DNA from: Hemiscyllium ocellatum | Lineage: Eukaryota | Reading direction: 5' to 3' | DNA length: 64,000 bases | Assembly (NCBI RefSeq): GCF_020745735.1 | Contig: NC_083410.1 | Span: 4,376,117-4,440,116 of the forward strand | In this document: piece after piece, positions 13,501 through 28,500 of the stretch | Position numbering within the stretch: position 1 is the stretch's first letter | Layout of the letters: the number at the start of each line of letters is the position of its first letter | The notes under the pieces: generated by a model | Seen by the model: only the letters and a program-made list of their open reading frames with translations | Told to the model about the DNA's origin: nothing | Databases searched by the model: none | Position numbers and translations under genes: made by a program

Positions 13501-16500
13501 TAGAGTCCAACCACTGGGATGTGAGATGTATGGTTTCTATATGATGTTAATATTACCTTGTTTGGAATTTGGATTTTGAACTAGTGGCATGTAGATTTTG
13601 GTCTTTGTGTGTATGACAGGATTTAAAGATCAAAATGTCAATATTTCTGAAGCTATAACTTTTAAGTATGGTAGTGCTTTTTTCCCCCCAGCACTCATGT
13701 TGTGTGTGTGCAGTTGTATGACACAGTGTATAACAACAGGTGTGTAAATCTTTATTTGTATTCCACCACCAGGAAGAAAGGAAGCACTTGAGTGGCCAGT
13801 GACAAGCATTGCTTTTCTCATTTAAAGGGCAATGCTGTGTGATCCAAAAAGTGATGGAGAGGCCATCAAAATATAGTTGGAGGGGAAAATAAAACACTCT
13901 CTGGTATCTGTATTGTGTAAAGTGTTACTATTGGGATATTTTGCTGTGTGTTTCAAGACCTTTAAAATAGTGTTTTATGTATATAGCTTGCTTCATTATA
14001 TTTATTCAGCTCTATTTGCACAAAAATGAATCACTTCATAAAACTCATAAAATATATTCACCTCTTGTTGAAACCAAGTCTGCTGCATTGTGTGTTTCTT
14101 TCTCAGTGAAACACCTGCTAGTTTTGTACAAAAAAGAATCCAAACCAGATTTCAGTCTGGAATCAAACTTGACATCAAGTGGGACCATAACAACCACCAA
14201 TCAAAGTGATTGTGATCATTCCCTTTGGAGAAGGTCTATCACCAACATTAAGTAGGACGAGGGAAGGAAACACACACAAAGAAAGGAAAATGCTAGAAAG
14301 ACCAGGAAAAGGTTAAAAAAAAATTGTTATCCAACCTGCAGACAAAGGAGACTTGACAGTCATTTTAAATCCAAGAGACTACATTGAGGAAGCAAATACA
14401 TTATTTGCTAATACCAACACTTACCAACAAATGGCAATAGACCTGACCCCACAACTAAAGAACTGAACCATAGCCCACTTTAAAAACCTTCAGAAATCTG
14501 GAGAAATAAAGAAAACAATTTCCAAAAAATGAAACCAGATGGATCCAACAAACCATGCTTCTACGGATTACCCAAAATTCACAAACCAGGAGCCCCCCCC
14601 ACCCCACCACCCCACCTCAGACCCACAGTCTTGCTTATCTAGAACACCAACTTACAGATTAGACAAGAAGCTACACCAAAGCTACACTTATTAGAAGACT
14701 CACACCACTCCATCCACTCCACTCAAAAATCCTGAAGAGCATCAAAGACACAAAGATAGAAGAGGATGAAATAATGGTCTCCTTTGACGTAACAGCCCTG
14801 TTCACATCCATCAACATCAACCTGACCAAGGAAATACTGACTACATTATTAAAAGAACCAAAGACACATATATCAAACACTACCAACTTCATCAGTAAGG
14901 ACAGTATTGTCAAGTTAGTGGATCTATACCTTACCACCCACTTCACCTTCAACAACAAAACATACGGACAAACAAATGGAACACCCATGGGATCTCCGAT
15001 ATCAGGGTACTTAATAGAAGCAAACTCAAACAAACGGCTCTGCCAAATATCCAACCCAAACTTTGGATCCACTACATGGATGATACCTTTGTCATCACGA
15101 AACAAAACAAATTAGAGGAAACCTTCAAGATCATCAATATTACTCTTACTGGCATCAAATTCACTAAAGAAAGGGAAACAACAAACTGTCATTCCTAGAT
15201 CTCGCAATGGGGAACTTCAAACTAGTGTCTACAGGAAAACAACACATATGGACCAAATACTGAAATGCATCCCAACACCCACAAACGAAGTTGCATTAGA
15301 ACATCATTTCCATGAGCCACTACATACTGCAGCATAGCAGAACTATGAAAAACAGAGGAAAATCACCTACACAGTGTATTCAAAACGAATGGGTACCCAA
15401 TAAACACAGTCTGCAGATTTCTCAGCAACAAACCCAAACAAGCAGACAAAACACCTCCAGAAACCCTAGCCACTCTCCCCTATATTAAAGATATCTCAGA
15501 AATGACTGCCAGACTACTCAGACCTCGTGGCATCATGGTAGCCCATAAACCCACCAACACACTAAAACAGCAGCTAATGAACTTGAAAGACCCTATGCAG
15601 GCAACAAGCAAAACTAATGTCATTTACAAAATATCTTGCAAGAACTGTAACAAACACTACATTGGACAAACAAGCAAAAATCTAGCCACCAGGATACATG
15701 AACATCAACTACCCACAAAAAGATATGACCAACTCTCACTAATATCCTTATATACAGATGAGGAAGGACACCACTTCGACTAGGGCAACACATCCATCCT
15801 AGGACAAGCCAAACTGAGAAAGAGAACAGGAAATTACACCACCACAGGAAATGACATCACCAACGCAAGGAAGTCTAAATACATAAATAGAAAGCAGGCC
15901 ATGCCACCAGTGCTTCATCCAGAGACTCACTGATGATGTTACCTAGTATGTTGATGAAACGTCTGAAAACAAACCTTCCAGCTTAGCGAGCAAACGTACA
16001 TCCAGAACCTCAACATGAGTTACAAATCTTCTCAAAATTTGCTTACACTAATAGTTATTAAAGTTATTTAATTACAGAAGCAAGGTTGGTTTGATCTGCC
16101 GTAACTTCACTGCTTCAATTTTGAATCAGTTCCTTATTTAATACAGACCTTGTACACTTTGAACAACTGGCAGTACATTGTAAACTGGAGATTGGATTTT
16201 TAAATTCTTAATGTTTTCCCCTTAAGGTGTATCTGGTCCAGTCCTTCTCCAGTCTCCAATCATGGAACGTGTCATCGAGGGTTTCACTGCCCAGTTACAG
16301 TGCACCATGAGGAATGCCACAGTGACACACACTGATGTTCGCTGGTACAGACAAGAACCCGGGAGTCATGTGAAGCTGCTTTTCACGCGTGAAAGAAAGA
16401 GTTACACACAATGGAGCCCAGCGTTCACTTATCGAATCTGGTTTTCCAGAAACTACTTCAATAACAGCTTCATTCTGACCAACACAAACGTGCAGCCCAG

Positions 16501-19500
16501 TGACACTGGGGTCTATTACTGCGCAGTGCAGGGAAGGATCTATGGGAGAGGAAGCCTGCTCATTGTAGACAGTAAGTAGAGTTTACATGACAGTCATCTC
16601 CAACAATAACTTCTTGCCCAATGAATGAATTGGAGATCAGTTTGTAATCAAGAAGATTGAGGAGGTGATGGAGAGTGATCTCGGGGATGGATTCACTGTG
16701 GGGAGGAAGTTGAGATCAGGTCCAGTCATTCCTCCAAGTTGCCCCTCTCTGGGTTTAGCCTCAGGGGATAACCATGGGGGTTAGTACAGTGTGGGTGTTT
16801 GCTGAGCTTCATCTTCATTGTGTCATCATGTTGGACAGACATTTGGAGAGAGTGGAAGCAGCCTTGGGATGATTAGAGGAGGTGGAGGGACAATGCAGTG
16901 CTGGGAGAGAAGGAAATGCTGAGCAGGTTTCTGAGTGTAAAATGATGATGACGAGGCATACAGGAATGGTGCCCTGGGGACAACGCAGAGATGATCAGAG
17001 ACTGGAGGAGAAACCACTGGTGCTGGGAACAAACTGATGATGGGACCAGCCAGAGGGGGACCCTGGTAGAGCAGCGCGAGGAGCTGCAATGTGTGTCTGA
17101 GACTTTCCAACAGAAATTGGACTCAAATGGTGCTCAAAGGAGTGGAGAGCTGAGAGAATAAGTGGATGGAGAGACAGTGAGACACACAGTCACACCGAGA
17201 TTAGTTGTGATGTTGACCAGTGAAGGCTCAGTATTCGGGCTGAGAGTGAATCTGGATTCCAGGGTCTGGAACAGGAAGTGAGCAGGAGCTGGCTTCCCAT
17301 TGCAAGAGGCAAGAGGCAGTCAGATGGTTGGTCTGGATTGTGGGGGCAGAGGACACTGCGTGGTGCTGCTGATTGGCCTGGAAAGGAGCATTGTTGATGT
17401 GAGGGCTCCATGCTCACAGTTCCCTCACACGGGCGATTCTCTATTTCGATCAATTTTCTGACAGTTCACTGTGTTTGTTAAGATGTAATTGTTCCAAAAT
17501 GATTCTTTACTGACTTTGATAAAGAAAGTGTCCATCCATGACAATGGGGGCTATTTCACTGGGACCAGAGGGCAAGCAGGGTGTCTGTGCAGAGTGTTTC
17601 AGTCTTGTTAATGATGGCGGTGGGAGTAGAGGCAGTGGGTGCCTTCTTTACCATCTTAACCGCTTGTATTGCCACTTTCAGGGAGATATGGACTTGCATC
17701 TCAAGATCCTTTTGGATATCAATGCTCCTGCAGGCCCTGACATTCATTTATTCTTTCTTCTTGCATTTGACCTCCCAAAATGTACCACCTCTCACTTGTC
17801 CAGTTGAAACTCCATCTGCCATTTCTCCACCCAACTTTCCAACTAACCAAAATCCCACTCTATCCTTTGACCACTTTCTTCAATATCCACTGCAAACTCA
17901 CTGAAGCATAGAAAAAAAGAGCAGAAGTAGGCCATTCAGCCCTTCAGGCCTGCACCACCATTCAAAACTATTGTAGCTGATCATACAATCTCAGTATCCC
18001 ATTCCTGCTTTATCTCCAGACCCTTTGATCCCTTTAACTGGAGGGGCCACATCCAGCTCCCTCTTGAATATACCTGTCCCCAACAGCTTCCTGTGAAAGA
18101 GAATTCAACAGGTTCAAACTCTTAGTGAAGAAATGCTTCCTCATCTTTGTTCTGAATGGTTTACTCCTTATTCTTATACCATGAGCCCTAGTTCTGAAAT
18201 TCCCCAACATTCACGACATTTACCTGCATCTAGCTTGTTCAGTCCCATCCGGATTTTATATGTTTCCATGAGATCTTCCCTCGTTCATCTAAATTCCAGT
18301 GACTACAAGCCTAGTTGATCCAGTCTTTCCTCATATGTCAGGCCTGCCATCCCGGGAATCAGTCTGGTGAACCTTCATTGGACTCCCTCAATAGCAAGAA
18401 TGGCCTTCCTCAGACTAGGAGATCAAAACTGAACTCAATACTCAAGGTGTGGCCTATCCAAGGCTCACAAATCCAAAACAAAAACAGAAGTTGCTGGAAA
18501 AGCTCAGCAGGTCTGGCAGCATCTGTGAAGAGAAATCAGAATTCAGGCTTCGGGTCCAGTGATCTTTCCTTTGAATTGTTGAAAAAGGGTTACCAGACTC
18601 AATTCTCTTCTCAGGTGCTGCCAGACCTACTGATCTTTCCCAGCAACTTCTGTTTTTATACTTGTTTAACTGGTCCACCATCTCTTTGTTGTTCATTATG
18701 AATTTACTTGATTCTCACAGGAAGTGACCGACATTTGTCTTCACCAGTCTTTTGATGTTCCCATATGTATAGAAGCTTTTACAGACAGAATTTATGTCTT
18801 CCGCAAGCTTATCTTCATATTCTATTTTCCCTTTCTGAATTAAAACCTTTGTCCTCCTCTGCTGAATTTTAAATTTCTCCCAGTCCTCACGTTTGCTGCT
18901 TTTTCTGGTGAAGTTATTAGTCTCAACCTTGGCTTTAACACAGTTCCTGATTTCCCTTGTTAGCCCTGGTTGAGTCATGTTCACTGTTTTACTCTTATGC
19001 CTGTCAGGAATGTACAATTGTTGAAGTTCATTCACGTAATCTTTAATTGTCTGCCATTACCTATCCACTGTCAGCCCAATAAGTATCGTTGGTAATTCAT
19101 GTCTCATACCATCAAAGTTAACTTTCTTTAAGTTCATGATCCTAGCTTCAGATTTAATTGCCATCTTAATGAAGGATTCTACCACATTATGGTCATTATT
19201 CCCTCAAGGATCTCACAGGCATGCTGTTTTGGAAAATGTAGCGGGTGATGAATTCTCAGCGGAACATAGCACGAGCAGCAAAGTTTCTGGTATTGAGACT
19301 GGCTCTAATGCAATGAGGGGCATGTCGACTTCCAAGTGATCAATTGTGTAAGGGGATTCTGTAGTCCAAGGTATAGACAGACGTTTCTGTGGCCAGTAGC
19401 GAAAAAGCAGAATGGTGTGTTGCTTCCCTGGTGCCAGGATCAAGGATGTCTCAGAGACGGTGCGGAATGTTCTCACGGGGGAGATGGGCCAGCAAGAGGT

Positions 19501-22500
19501 CATTGTCCACAGTGGAACCAATGATATAGGAAGGGAAAAGGTTGAGATTCTGAAAGGAGATTACAGAGAGTTAGGCAGAAATTTATAAAGGGGGTCCTCA
19601 AGGGTAGTAATATCTGGATTACTCCCAGCGCTACAAGCTAGTGAGGGCAGGAATAGGAGGACAGAGCAGATGAATGCATGGCTGAGGAGCTGGTGTATTG
19701 GAGAAGGATTCACATTTTTGGATCATTGGAATCTCTTTTGGGGTAGAAGTGACCTGTACAAGAAGGACGGATTGCACCTAAATTTGAAGGGGATTAATAT
19801 ACTGGCAGGGAGATTTGCTAGAACTGCTTGGGAGGATTTAAACTAGTAAGGTGGGCGGGGAGGGGGAGAGGCGGTGGGGAGTGGGACCCAGGGAGATAGT
19901 GAGGAAAGAGATCATTCTGAGACTGGTACAGTTGTGAACAGAAGTGAGTCAAACAGGGCAGGCAGAGACAAGGTATGATGAATAAATTAAACTGCATTTA
20001 TTTCAATGCAAGGGGCCTAACAGGGAAGGCAGATGCATGGTTAGGAGCATGGGACTGGGATATCATAGCAATTACAGGAACATGGCTCAGGGATGGGCAG
20101 GACTGGCAGCTTAATGTTCCAGGATACAAATGCTACAGGAAGGATAGAAAGAGAGGCAAGAGAGGAGGGGGAGTGGCATTTTTGATCAGGGATAGCATTA
20201 CAGCTGTGCTGAGGGAGGATATTCCTGGAAATACATCCAGGGAAGTTATTTGGGTGGAACTGTGAAAGAAGAAAGGGATGATCACCTTATTGGGATTGTA
20301 TTATAGACCCCCTAATAGTCAGAGGGAAATTGAGAAACAAACTTGCAAGGAGATCTCAGCTATCAGTAAGAATAATAGGTTAGTTATAGTAGGGGATTTT
20401 AACTTTCCAAACATTGACTGGGACTGCCATAGTATTTAAGGTTTAGATGGAGAGGAATTTCTTAAGTGCATATAAGACAATTTTCTGATTCAGTATGTGG
20501 ATGTACCTACCAGAGAAGGTGCAAAACTTGACTTACTCTTGGGAAATAAGGCAGGGCAGGTGGCTGAGGTGTCAGTGGGGGAGCACTTTGGGGTCAGCGA
20601 CCATAATTCTGTAAGTTTTAAAATAGTGATGGAAAGGATACACCAGATCAAACATTTAAGTTCTAAATTGGAGAAAGGCCAATTTTTACAGTATTAGGCA
20701 AGAACTTTCAAAAGCTGATTGGAGGCAGATGTTTGCAAGTAAAGAGACGGCTGGAAAATGGGAAGCCTTCAGAAATAAGATAACAAGAATCCAGAAAAAG
20801 CATATTCCTGTCGGGGTGAAAGAGAAGGTTGGAAGGCATAAAGAATGCTGGATGACGAAAGAAATGGAGGGTTTGGTTAAGAAAAAGAAGGAAGCATGTG
20901 TCAGATATAGACAGGATAGATCGAGTGAATCCTTAGAAGATTATAAAGAAAGTAGGAGTACACTTAAGAGGAAATCAGGAGGGCAAAACGGGGACATGAG
21001 ATAGCTTTGTCAAATAGAATTAAGGAGAATCCAAAGAGATTTCACAAATATCTTAAGAACTAAAGAGTAACTAGGGAGAGAATAGGGCCCCTCAAAGATC
21101 AGCAAGGCGGCCTTTGTGTGGAGCCACAGAAAATGGGGGAGATACTAAATGAATATTTTACATCAGTATTTACTGTGGAAAAGGATATGGAAGATATAGA
21201 CTGTAGGGAAATAGATGGTGACATCTTGCAAAATGTCCAGATTACAGAGGAGGAAGTGCTGGATGTCTTGAAACAGGTAAAGGTGGCTAAGTCCCCAGGA
21301 CCTGATGAGGTGTATCTGAGAGCTCTGTGGGAAGCTAGGGAAGTGATTGCTGCACCTCTTGCTGAGATATTTGTATCATCAATAGTGATCGATAGGTGAG
21401 GTGCTAGAAGACTGGAGGTTAGCAAACGTGGTGTCACTGTTTAAGAAAGGCAGTAAAGACAAGCCAGGGAATCATAGACCGGTGAGCCTGACCTCAGTGG
21501 TGGGCAAGTTGTTGTAGGAAATCCTGAGGGGCAGGATGTACATGTATTTGGAAAGGCAAGGGCTGATCAGGGACAGTCAACATGGCTTTGTGTGTGGAAA
21601 ATCATGTCTCACAAACCTGATTGAGTTTTTTTGAAGAAGAAGCAAAGAGGATTGATGAGGGCAGAGCAGTAGATGTGATCTATATGAACTTCAGTAAGGC
21701 GTTCAACAAGGTTCCCCAGTGGAGACTGATTGGCAAGGTTAGAATACAGGGAGAACTAACCACTTGGATACAGAACTGGCTCAAAGGTAGAAGACAGAGG
21801 GTGGTGGACGGTTGTTTTTCAGCCTGGAAGCCTGTGACCAGTGGAGTGCCACAAGGATCAGTGCTGAGTCCTCCACTTTTTGTCATTTACATAAATAATT
21901 TGGATGCGAGCATAAGAGGTACAGTTAGTAAGTTTGCAGATAACACCAAAATTGGAGGTGTAGTGGACAGCGAAGAGGGTTACCTCAGATTACAACAGGA
22001 TCTCAACCAGATGGGCCAATGGGCTGAGAAGTGGCAAATGGAGTTTAATTCAGATAAATGCGAAGTGTTGCATTTTGGGAAAGCAAATCTTAGCAGGACT
22101 TATACACTTAATGGTAAGGTGCTAGGGAGTGTTGCTGAACAAAGAGACCTTGGAGTGCAGGTTCATAGCTCCTTGAAAGTGGAATCACAGGTAGATAGGA
22201 TAGTGAAGAAGGAATTTGGTATGCTTTCCTTTATTGGTCAGTGTATTGAGTACAGGACTTGGGAAGTCATGTTGCGGCTGTACAGGACATTGATTAGTCC
22301 ACTGTTGGAATATTATGTGCAATTCTGGTCTCGTTCCTATCGGAAAGATGTTGAGAAACTTTAAAGGGTTCAGAAAAGATTCACAAGGATGTTGCCAGGG
22401 TTGGAGGATCTAAACTACGGGGAGAGGCTGAACAGGCTGGGGTTGTTTTCCCTGGAGCGCTGGAGACTGAGGGGTGACTTTATAGAGGTTTACAAAATTA

Positions 22501-25500
22501 TGAGGATTATGGATAGGATAAATAGACAAAGTCTTTTCCCTGAGTTTGGGGAGTCCAGAACTAGAGGGCATAGGTTTAAGGTGAGAGGGGAAAGACATAA
22601 AAGAGACCTAAAGGGTGACTTTTTCATGCAGAGGGTGGTACAGGTATGGAATGAGCTGCCAGAGGAAGTGGTGTAGGCTGGTACAATTGCAACATTTAAA
22701 AGGCATTTGGATGGATATATGAATAGGAAGGGTTTGGAGGGATATGAGCCGAGTGCTGGCAGGTGAGACTAAATTGGGTTGGGATGTCTGGTCAGCGTAG
22801 ACAGGTTGGACCGAAGCATCTGTTTCCATGCAGTACATCCCTATGACTCTATGACTATGACCTTGGAGTGCATATTCATAGCTCCTTGAAAGTGGAGTCG
22901 CAGGTAGATAGGATAGTGAAAAAGGAGTTTGGTATGCTTTCCTTTATTGGTCAGTGTATTGAGTATAGGAGTTGGGAGGTCATGTTGCGGCTGTACAGGA
23001 CATTTATTAGGCCACTGTTGGAATATTGCGTGCAATTCTGGTCTCCTTCCTACTGGAAAGATATTGTGAAACTTGAAAGGATTCAGAAAAGATTTACAAA
23101 GATGTTGCCAGGGTTGGAAGATGTGAGCTATAGGGAGAGGTTGAACAGGCTGGGGCTGTTTTCCCTGGAGCGTCGGAGGCTGAGGGGTGACCTTATAGAG
23201 GTTTACAAAATGATGCGGGTCATGGATAGGATAAATAGACAAAGTCTTTTCCCTGGGGTCGGGGAGTCCAGACCTAGAGGGCATAGGTTTAGGGTGAGAG
23301 GGGAAAGATATAAAAGAGACCTAAAGGGTAACCTTTTCACGCAGAAGGTCGTACCTGTACAGAATGAGCTGCCAGAGGAAGTGGTGGAGGCTGGTACAAT
23401 TGCAACATTTAAGAAGCATCCGGATGGTATATGAATAGAAAGGGTTTGGACCGATATGGTCCGGGTGCTGACAGGTGGGACTAGATTGGTTTGGGATATC
23501 TGGTCGGCATGGATGGGTTGGACTGAAGGGTCTGTTTCCATGCTGTACATCTCTATGACGCTATCACTCTATGACCACCATGTGGCTAATTAATCTTCTC
23601 TCATTGCATAATAACCGGTCTAGATGGCCTGCTCTCTAGTTAGTTCCTAGATATATTAGTTGAGGAAACCAACCCTCATGCATTCCAGGAAATCCTACAC
23701 CATCACAGTGCTACAAGTTTGCTTCATCAATGACCCTCCCTTTATCATAAGATCAGAAGTGAAGATGTTCACTGATGATTGCTCAATGTTCAGCACCATT
23801 CACAACTCCTCAGATACTTTCCATGTGCAAATGCAACAAGATCTGGATGATATCCAGGCTTGAGCTGACAATCAGCAAATAACATTAACATCACACAAAT
23901 GCCAGACTATGACCATCACAAATAAGAAACAATTTGAACAACACTCCTTGACATTCCATCGCTTCATCCCCCTCTATCAACATCCGAGGAATTATCATTG
24001 ATCAGAAACTCAACTGGACTCACCATATAAACACAGTGGCTACAACAGCAGGTCAGAAGCTGTGGTGAGTAACTCAACTCCTGGCTCCTCAACGCCTGTC
24101 CACCATCTGCAAAAGATAAGTCAGGAGTGTCATGGAATACTTCCCACTTGCCTGAATGAGTGCAATCCCAACAAAACTCAAGAAACTGACAGCACTCAAG
24201 ATCCAGTACCCACTTGATTGGGACTACATCCACAAGCATCCATTCCCTCCAATATTGATGCTCAGTAGCAGCAGTGTGTACTATGTACAAGATGCGTTGC
24301 AGAAATTCACTAAAGATCCTCAGCCAGCATCTTCCAAATCCATTCGAGATTAGAGTGGAGCTGGAAAAGCACAGCAGTTCAGGCAATATCTGAGGAGCAG
24401 GAAAATCGACTTTTCAAGCAAAAGCCCTTCTTTCCCGAAACGTTGATTTTTCTGCTCCTCGGATGCTGCCTGAACTGCTGTGCTTTTCCAGCACCACTCT
24501 AATCTAGAATCTGGTTTCCAGCATCTGCAGTTCTTGTTTTTACCTCTTTTCCAAATCCATGACCACTTCCATCCAGAAGGAAAGGGCAGCAGATCTATGG
24601 GAACACCACCATCTTCAAGTTCCCCTTCAAGACACTCACCATTCCCTTCATGTTGCTGGGTCAAAATGTTGGAATTCCCTCCCTCATGGCATTGTGGGTC
24701 AACCCACATTGGTGGACTGCAATGATTCAAGAAGCTCACCACCACCTTCTCAAGGAACAATCAGGGTCACGCAATAAATGCCGGCCAGTCAGCAACAATC
24801 ACCTCACACAAATGAATAAAAAAAAACTGACCTCGTGTCAACCACGTCTCTTACCCATGCAATGATCCTGAGAATCTAAATGCGGACATTGCATCAGTGT
24901 TCACCTAGGAGAAGGATCTGGAAGATGGTGAGATTTTTATGGAGCATGCTAATATGCTGATTTTTGGAATCCTTTCACAGTGCAAGCAGGCCATTAGGAC
25001 CATTGAGTCCACATCAACTTTGAAGAGTGTTGCACCCAGACCCATCCCATCCTGTAATTCTGCGTTTTCATTGCTAAACCACCCAAACTGCGCATCACTG
25101 AACACTATGGGCAAGTTAACCTGGCCAATTCACCTCACCTGCATATCTTTGGAAAGTGGGAGGAAACCGGAGCACCCAGAGGAAACCAACGCAGACTTGG
25201 GGCAAGCATGCAAACTCCACACAGATGGGTACCTCAGGTTGGAATCAAACCCGGGTCTCTGGCACTGAGTCATCATGCCGCCCTCAAAGTTTTCAATTTC
25301 ATTTGGAAACATTTTCTTTAACTTTAGCACAATTGATCACAGTGCTCTTGAAGTATTTTGAAGTCTCCATGTTAGAAATTCTTTGGTCTATGTCCCCCTA
25401 CACCAGATTATGGTGATCAAGCCACGTGCCCATGTAATAGCAGCATTAGTTGACTTGACATTGAGCTTCAAGTTATTCAATCTCAGAAATATTGCCTTCC

Positions 25501-28500
25501 CTCTTGATTTCAGACAACAGGAATGAAAAGTGGTTCTCTCATGCCCATTTTCAGTATACATAGGATATAGGTATTCCAATAATTTCTATCTAACCAAGAA
25601 CATACAATTTGAGTTTCCTTGTGCCCATTTGTGTGAGCATTTTGGATACCATTTTGGGTCTGAATCCATCACTTTAATTTCCAAGCCATTTACGTTTTCC
25701 TATTACATGTCCCTGAAGCTATTGATTATAGCCTCCATTCCACCTTCCGGGCTCAGGCACATGCACACAACAACTCCCCCCCCACACCCATGGCTTATTA
25801 TCTGTGACATGCACCTCAGGGAGTCCATGTATTGCAAAAGATGCACACAACTTTTCTCTTGTTGTCTCCATGTTTAATGAATTAACTCTCTGGATGTCCA
25901 ATCACTTTGAGTGGATGTCCATGGTGACTGAACATATAGAGTCCATGAAAGGTTTGGCATAGTCAATGTGTAACCAGGTCCAGGATTCACCCGGACATTC
26001 CCATGAATATGAGGGAGCTGCTAGCAGTAATTTTTGTCCTTGTTGGCACTTTGGGCACTGCTCATGGCTGTGCCTCCATCCAATACTGGCCACCAGACAT
26101 TACCTTCCTCCATTTTCATTTTGGACACCCCTGAGCGACCCTGGTGGAGATCAGCCAGTATCTGGCGGTGACCTTTGCTCAGTCGAATCACTCCTGCTCC
26201 CTACAGTAATCTGCCATCCTCTACAATAATCAGGGCTCAACTGGTCCAGAAACTGGTTCAGTTCAGATTGTGATGCCCCTTTGACTTCCCCCAACAACAC
26301 CAGCTGTTTTAGTTTAGCCAGGATCAGAGCTTTTTGTGTTCACAGTCAGGTCTGGTCAGCGGTGACCAGAAGGGTATTCATGAAGTTTATAATTAGAACG
26401 GACCCTTCCAGTGACAGCATCACCGGTAGATTAATCTGCCAGCAGGAGGTGGCTCAAGGCATCGCATTTGCCTTCTGGATAGTTTTCTGACACCAAGTTC
26501 CCCTTTATTTAACCATGTTTAGTATGTGACACTGATCCAGCTCCCTCAGAGCCAGCTCTCAGAGTGAATAGAAGCCCTGACACTCCTGTTCATATCTGTC
26601 AGCCAGGCTTCCTGATTGGACCAGATTAACAGCCCTAATCAGGGAACTCATATTCCATGAGGTCTACCTGGCTGACCTCATTACAATCCCCACACAGGGC
26701 CACAACAGTAAGTATATAGGTCCTGCACTGATTTGCCTAACCAAAATGCAACACCTCACATTTGTCTAAATTGAACTCTATTTGCCAATCCTTGGCCATT
26801 GGCCCATCTGATCAAGGTCCCATTGGATTCTAAGGTAAACTTCATCACTGTCTACTGTAACATCTATTTTCTTGTCATCTGTAAACTTAATATATCTTCA
26901 ACATTCATATCCAAATCATTTATATGAATGATGAAAAGCAGTGAGTCCAGCATCAATCCCTGTGAAACATTGCTAGGCACAGGCCTCCAGTATGAAAAAC
27001 ATCCCTCCACCACCACCCTGTCTCCTCCCTTCCAGCCAAGTTTGTAACAATTTACAAGCTCCCGCAGATCCCATCTGATGTCACTTTACTAACTAATCTT
27101 CGGTATGAGGGTGGCTGTGAATTTATTCTATTCAAGGTCTGCTTTCTGATCTTCAATGAGAGACATCATCACAAATCCTCCCTCTGAATTATCTTCACCT
27201 TCCAGGAGAGTTTCAGCTGCCCTTTCATTTGTTTGTGATATCACATCAACCCTTACTGACAGATTTACTTTACCAATTGCTCTGGTTCCCACCCACTATG
27301 GATAGCTCCAAGAAATCTGTGCTGGAAGTGTTTTGTTTCTTGAACGTAAGAACCAGGACCAGGAGTAGGCCATCTGGCCCTTTGAGCCTACTCTGCCATT
27401 TATTAAGTTCATGGCTGATCTTGTCATGTCTTCAGCTCCATTTACCTGCCCTCTCATCATAAACCTTAATTTCTTTATTGTTCAAATTAGGGTGGCACGG
27501 TGGCACAGCAGTTAGCACTGCTGCCTCACAGCGCCAGAGACCCGGGTTCAGTTCCCGCCTCAGGCGACTGACTGTGTGGAGTTTGCACGTTCTCCCCGTG
27601 TCTGCGTGGGTTTCCTCCGGGTGCTCCGGTTTCCTCCCACAGTCCAAAGATGTGCAGGTCAGGTGAATTGGCCATGCTAAATTGCCCGTAGTGTTAGGTA
27701 AGGGGTAAATGTAGGGGTATGGGTGGGTTGCGCTTCAGCGGGTCGGTGTGGACTTGTTGGGCCGAAGGGCCTGTTTCCACACTGTAAGTAATCTAATCTA
27801 ATCTAAAAAAAAATCTATCCATCTTAGCTTTAAAAAGTTCAATAAGAAAGCCTCAATTGCTTCATTGGGCAGGGAATTCTGCAGATTCACAATCTTCCAG
27901 GAGAGTTTCAGCTGCCCTTTCATTTGTTTGTGATATCACATCAATCTTGATGTTGAATCAACCTTGAATCAAGAAGTTCCTCCTTGATTCAGTCCAAAAT
28001 CTGCTACCCCTTCTTTTGAGGCTATGCCAAATTGTCCTACTTTCACCCACCAATGGAAACATTCTCTCTACTTCTATCATATCGATTTTTTTCACATTTT
28101 ATGTTTCTATAAAATCCCCCGCTCAATCTTCTAAATTCCAATGTATGTAATCCCAGTCTATCCCAATCTCTCCTCATAAACCATCCCCCTCAATTCCAGA
28201 ATTAATCTAGTGAACCTCCTCTGCACACCCTCTCTTCCCAGTACATCTTTAAATCTCCTTTGGATATTTTATTAGATTGGAAACAGTGTGGAAACAGGCC
28301 CTTCAGCCCAACAAGTCCACACCGACCCGCCAAAGCGCATCCACCCAGAGCCATTCCCCGACACTGACCCCTGCACCTAACACTACGGACAATTTAACGT
28401 GGCCAATTTACCTAACCTGCACATTTTTGGACTGTGGGAGGAAACGGAGCACCCGGAGGAAACCTACGCACACACGGGGAGAATGTGCAAACTCCACACA

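Noticed and set aside
13977-14030. Hydrophobic MYIACFIIFIQLYL as a leader exon
   Set aside because: No donor site at a suitable position, and it lies downstream of V1 in AT-rich sequence.
16318-16359. RSS-like CACAGTG ... ACAAGAACC inside V2
   Set aside because: The spacer is 26 nt, not 12 or 23; it lies in the CDR1/FR2 coding region; other V exons have cgcagtg or tgcagtg here.
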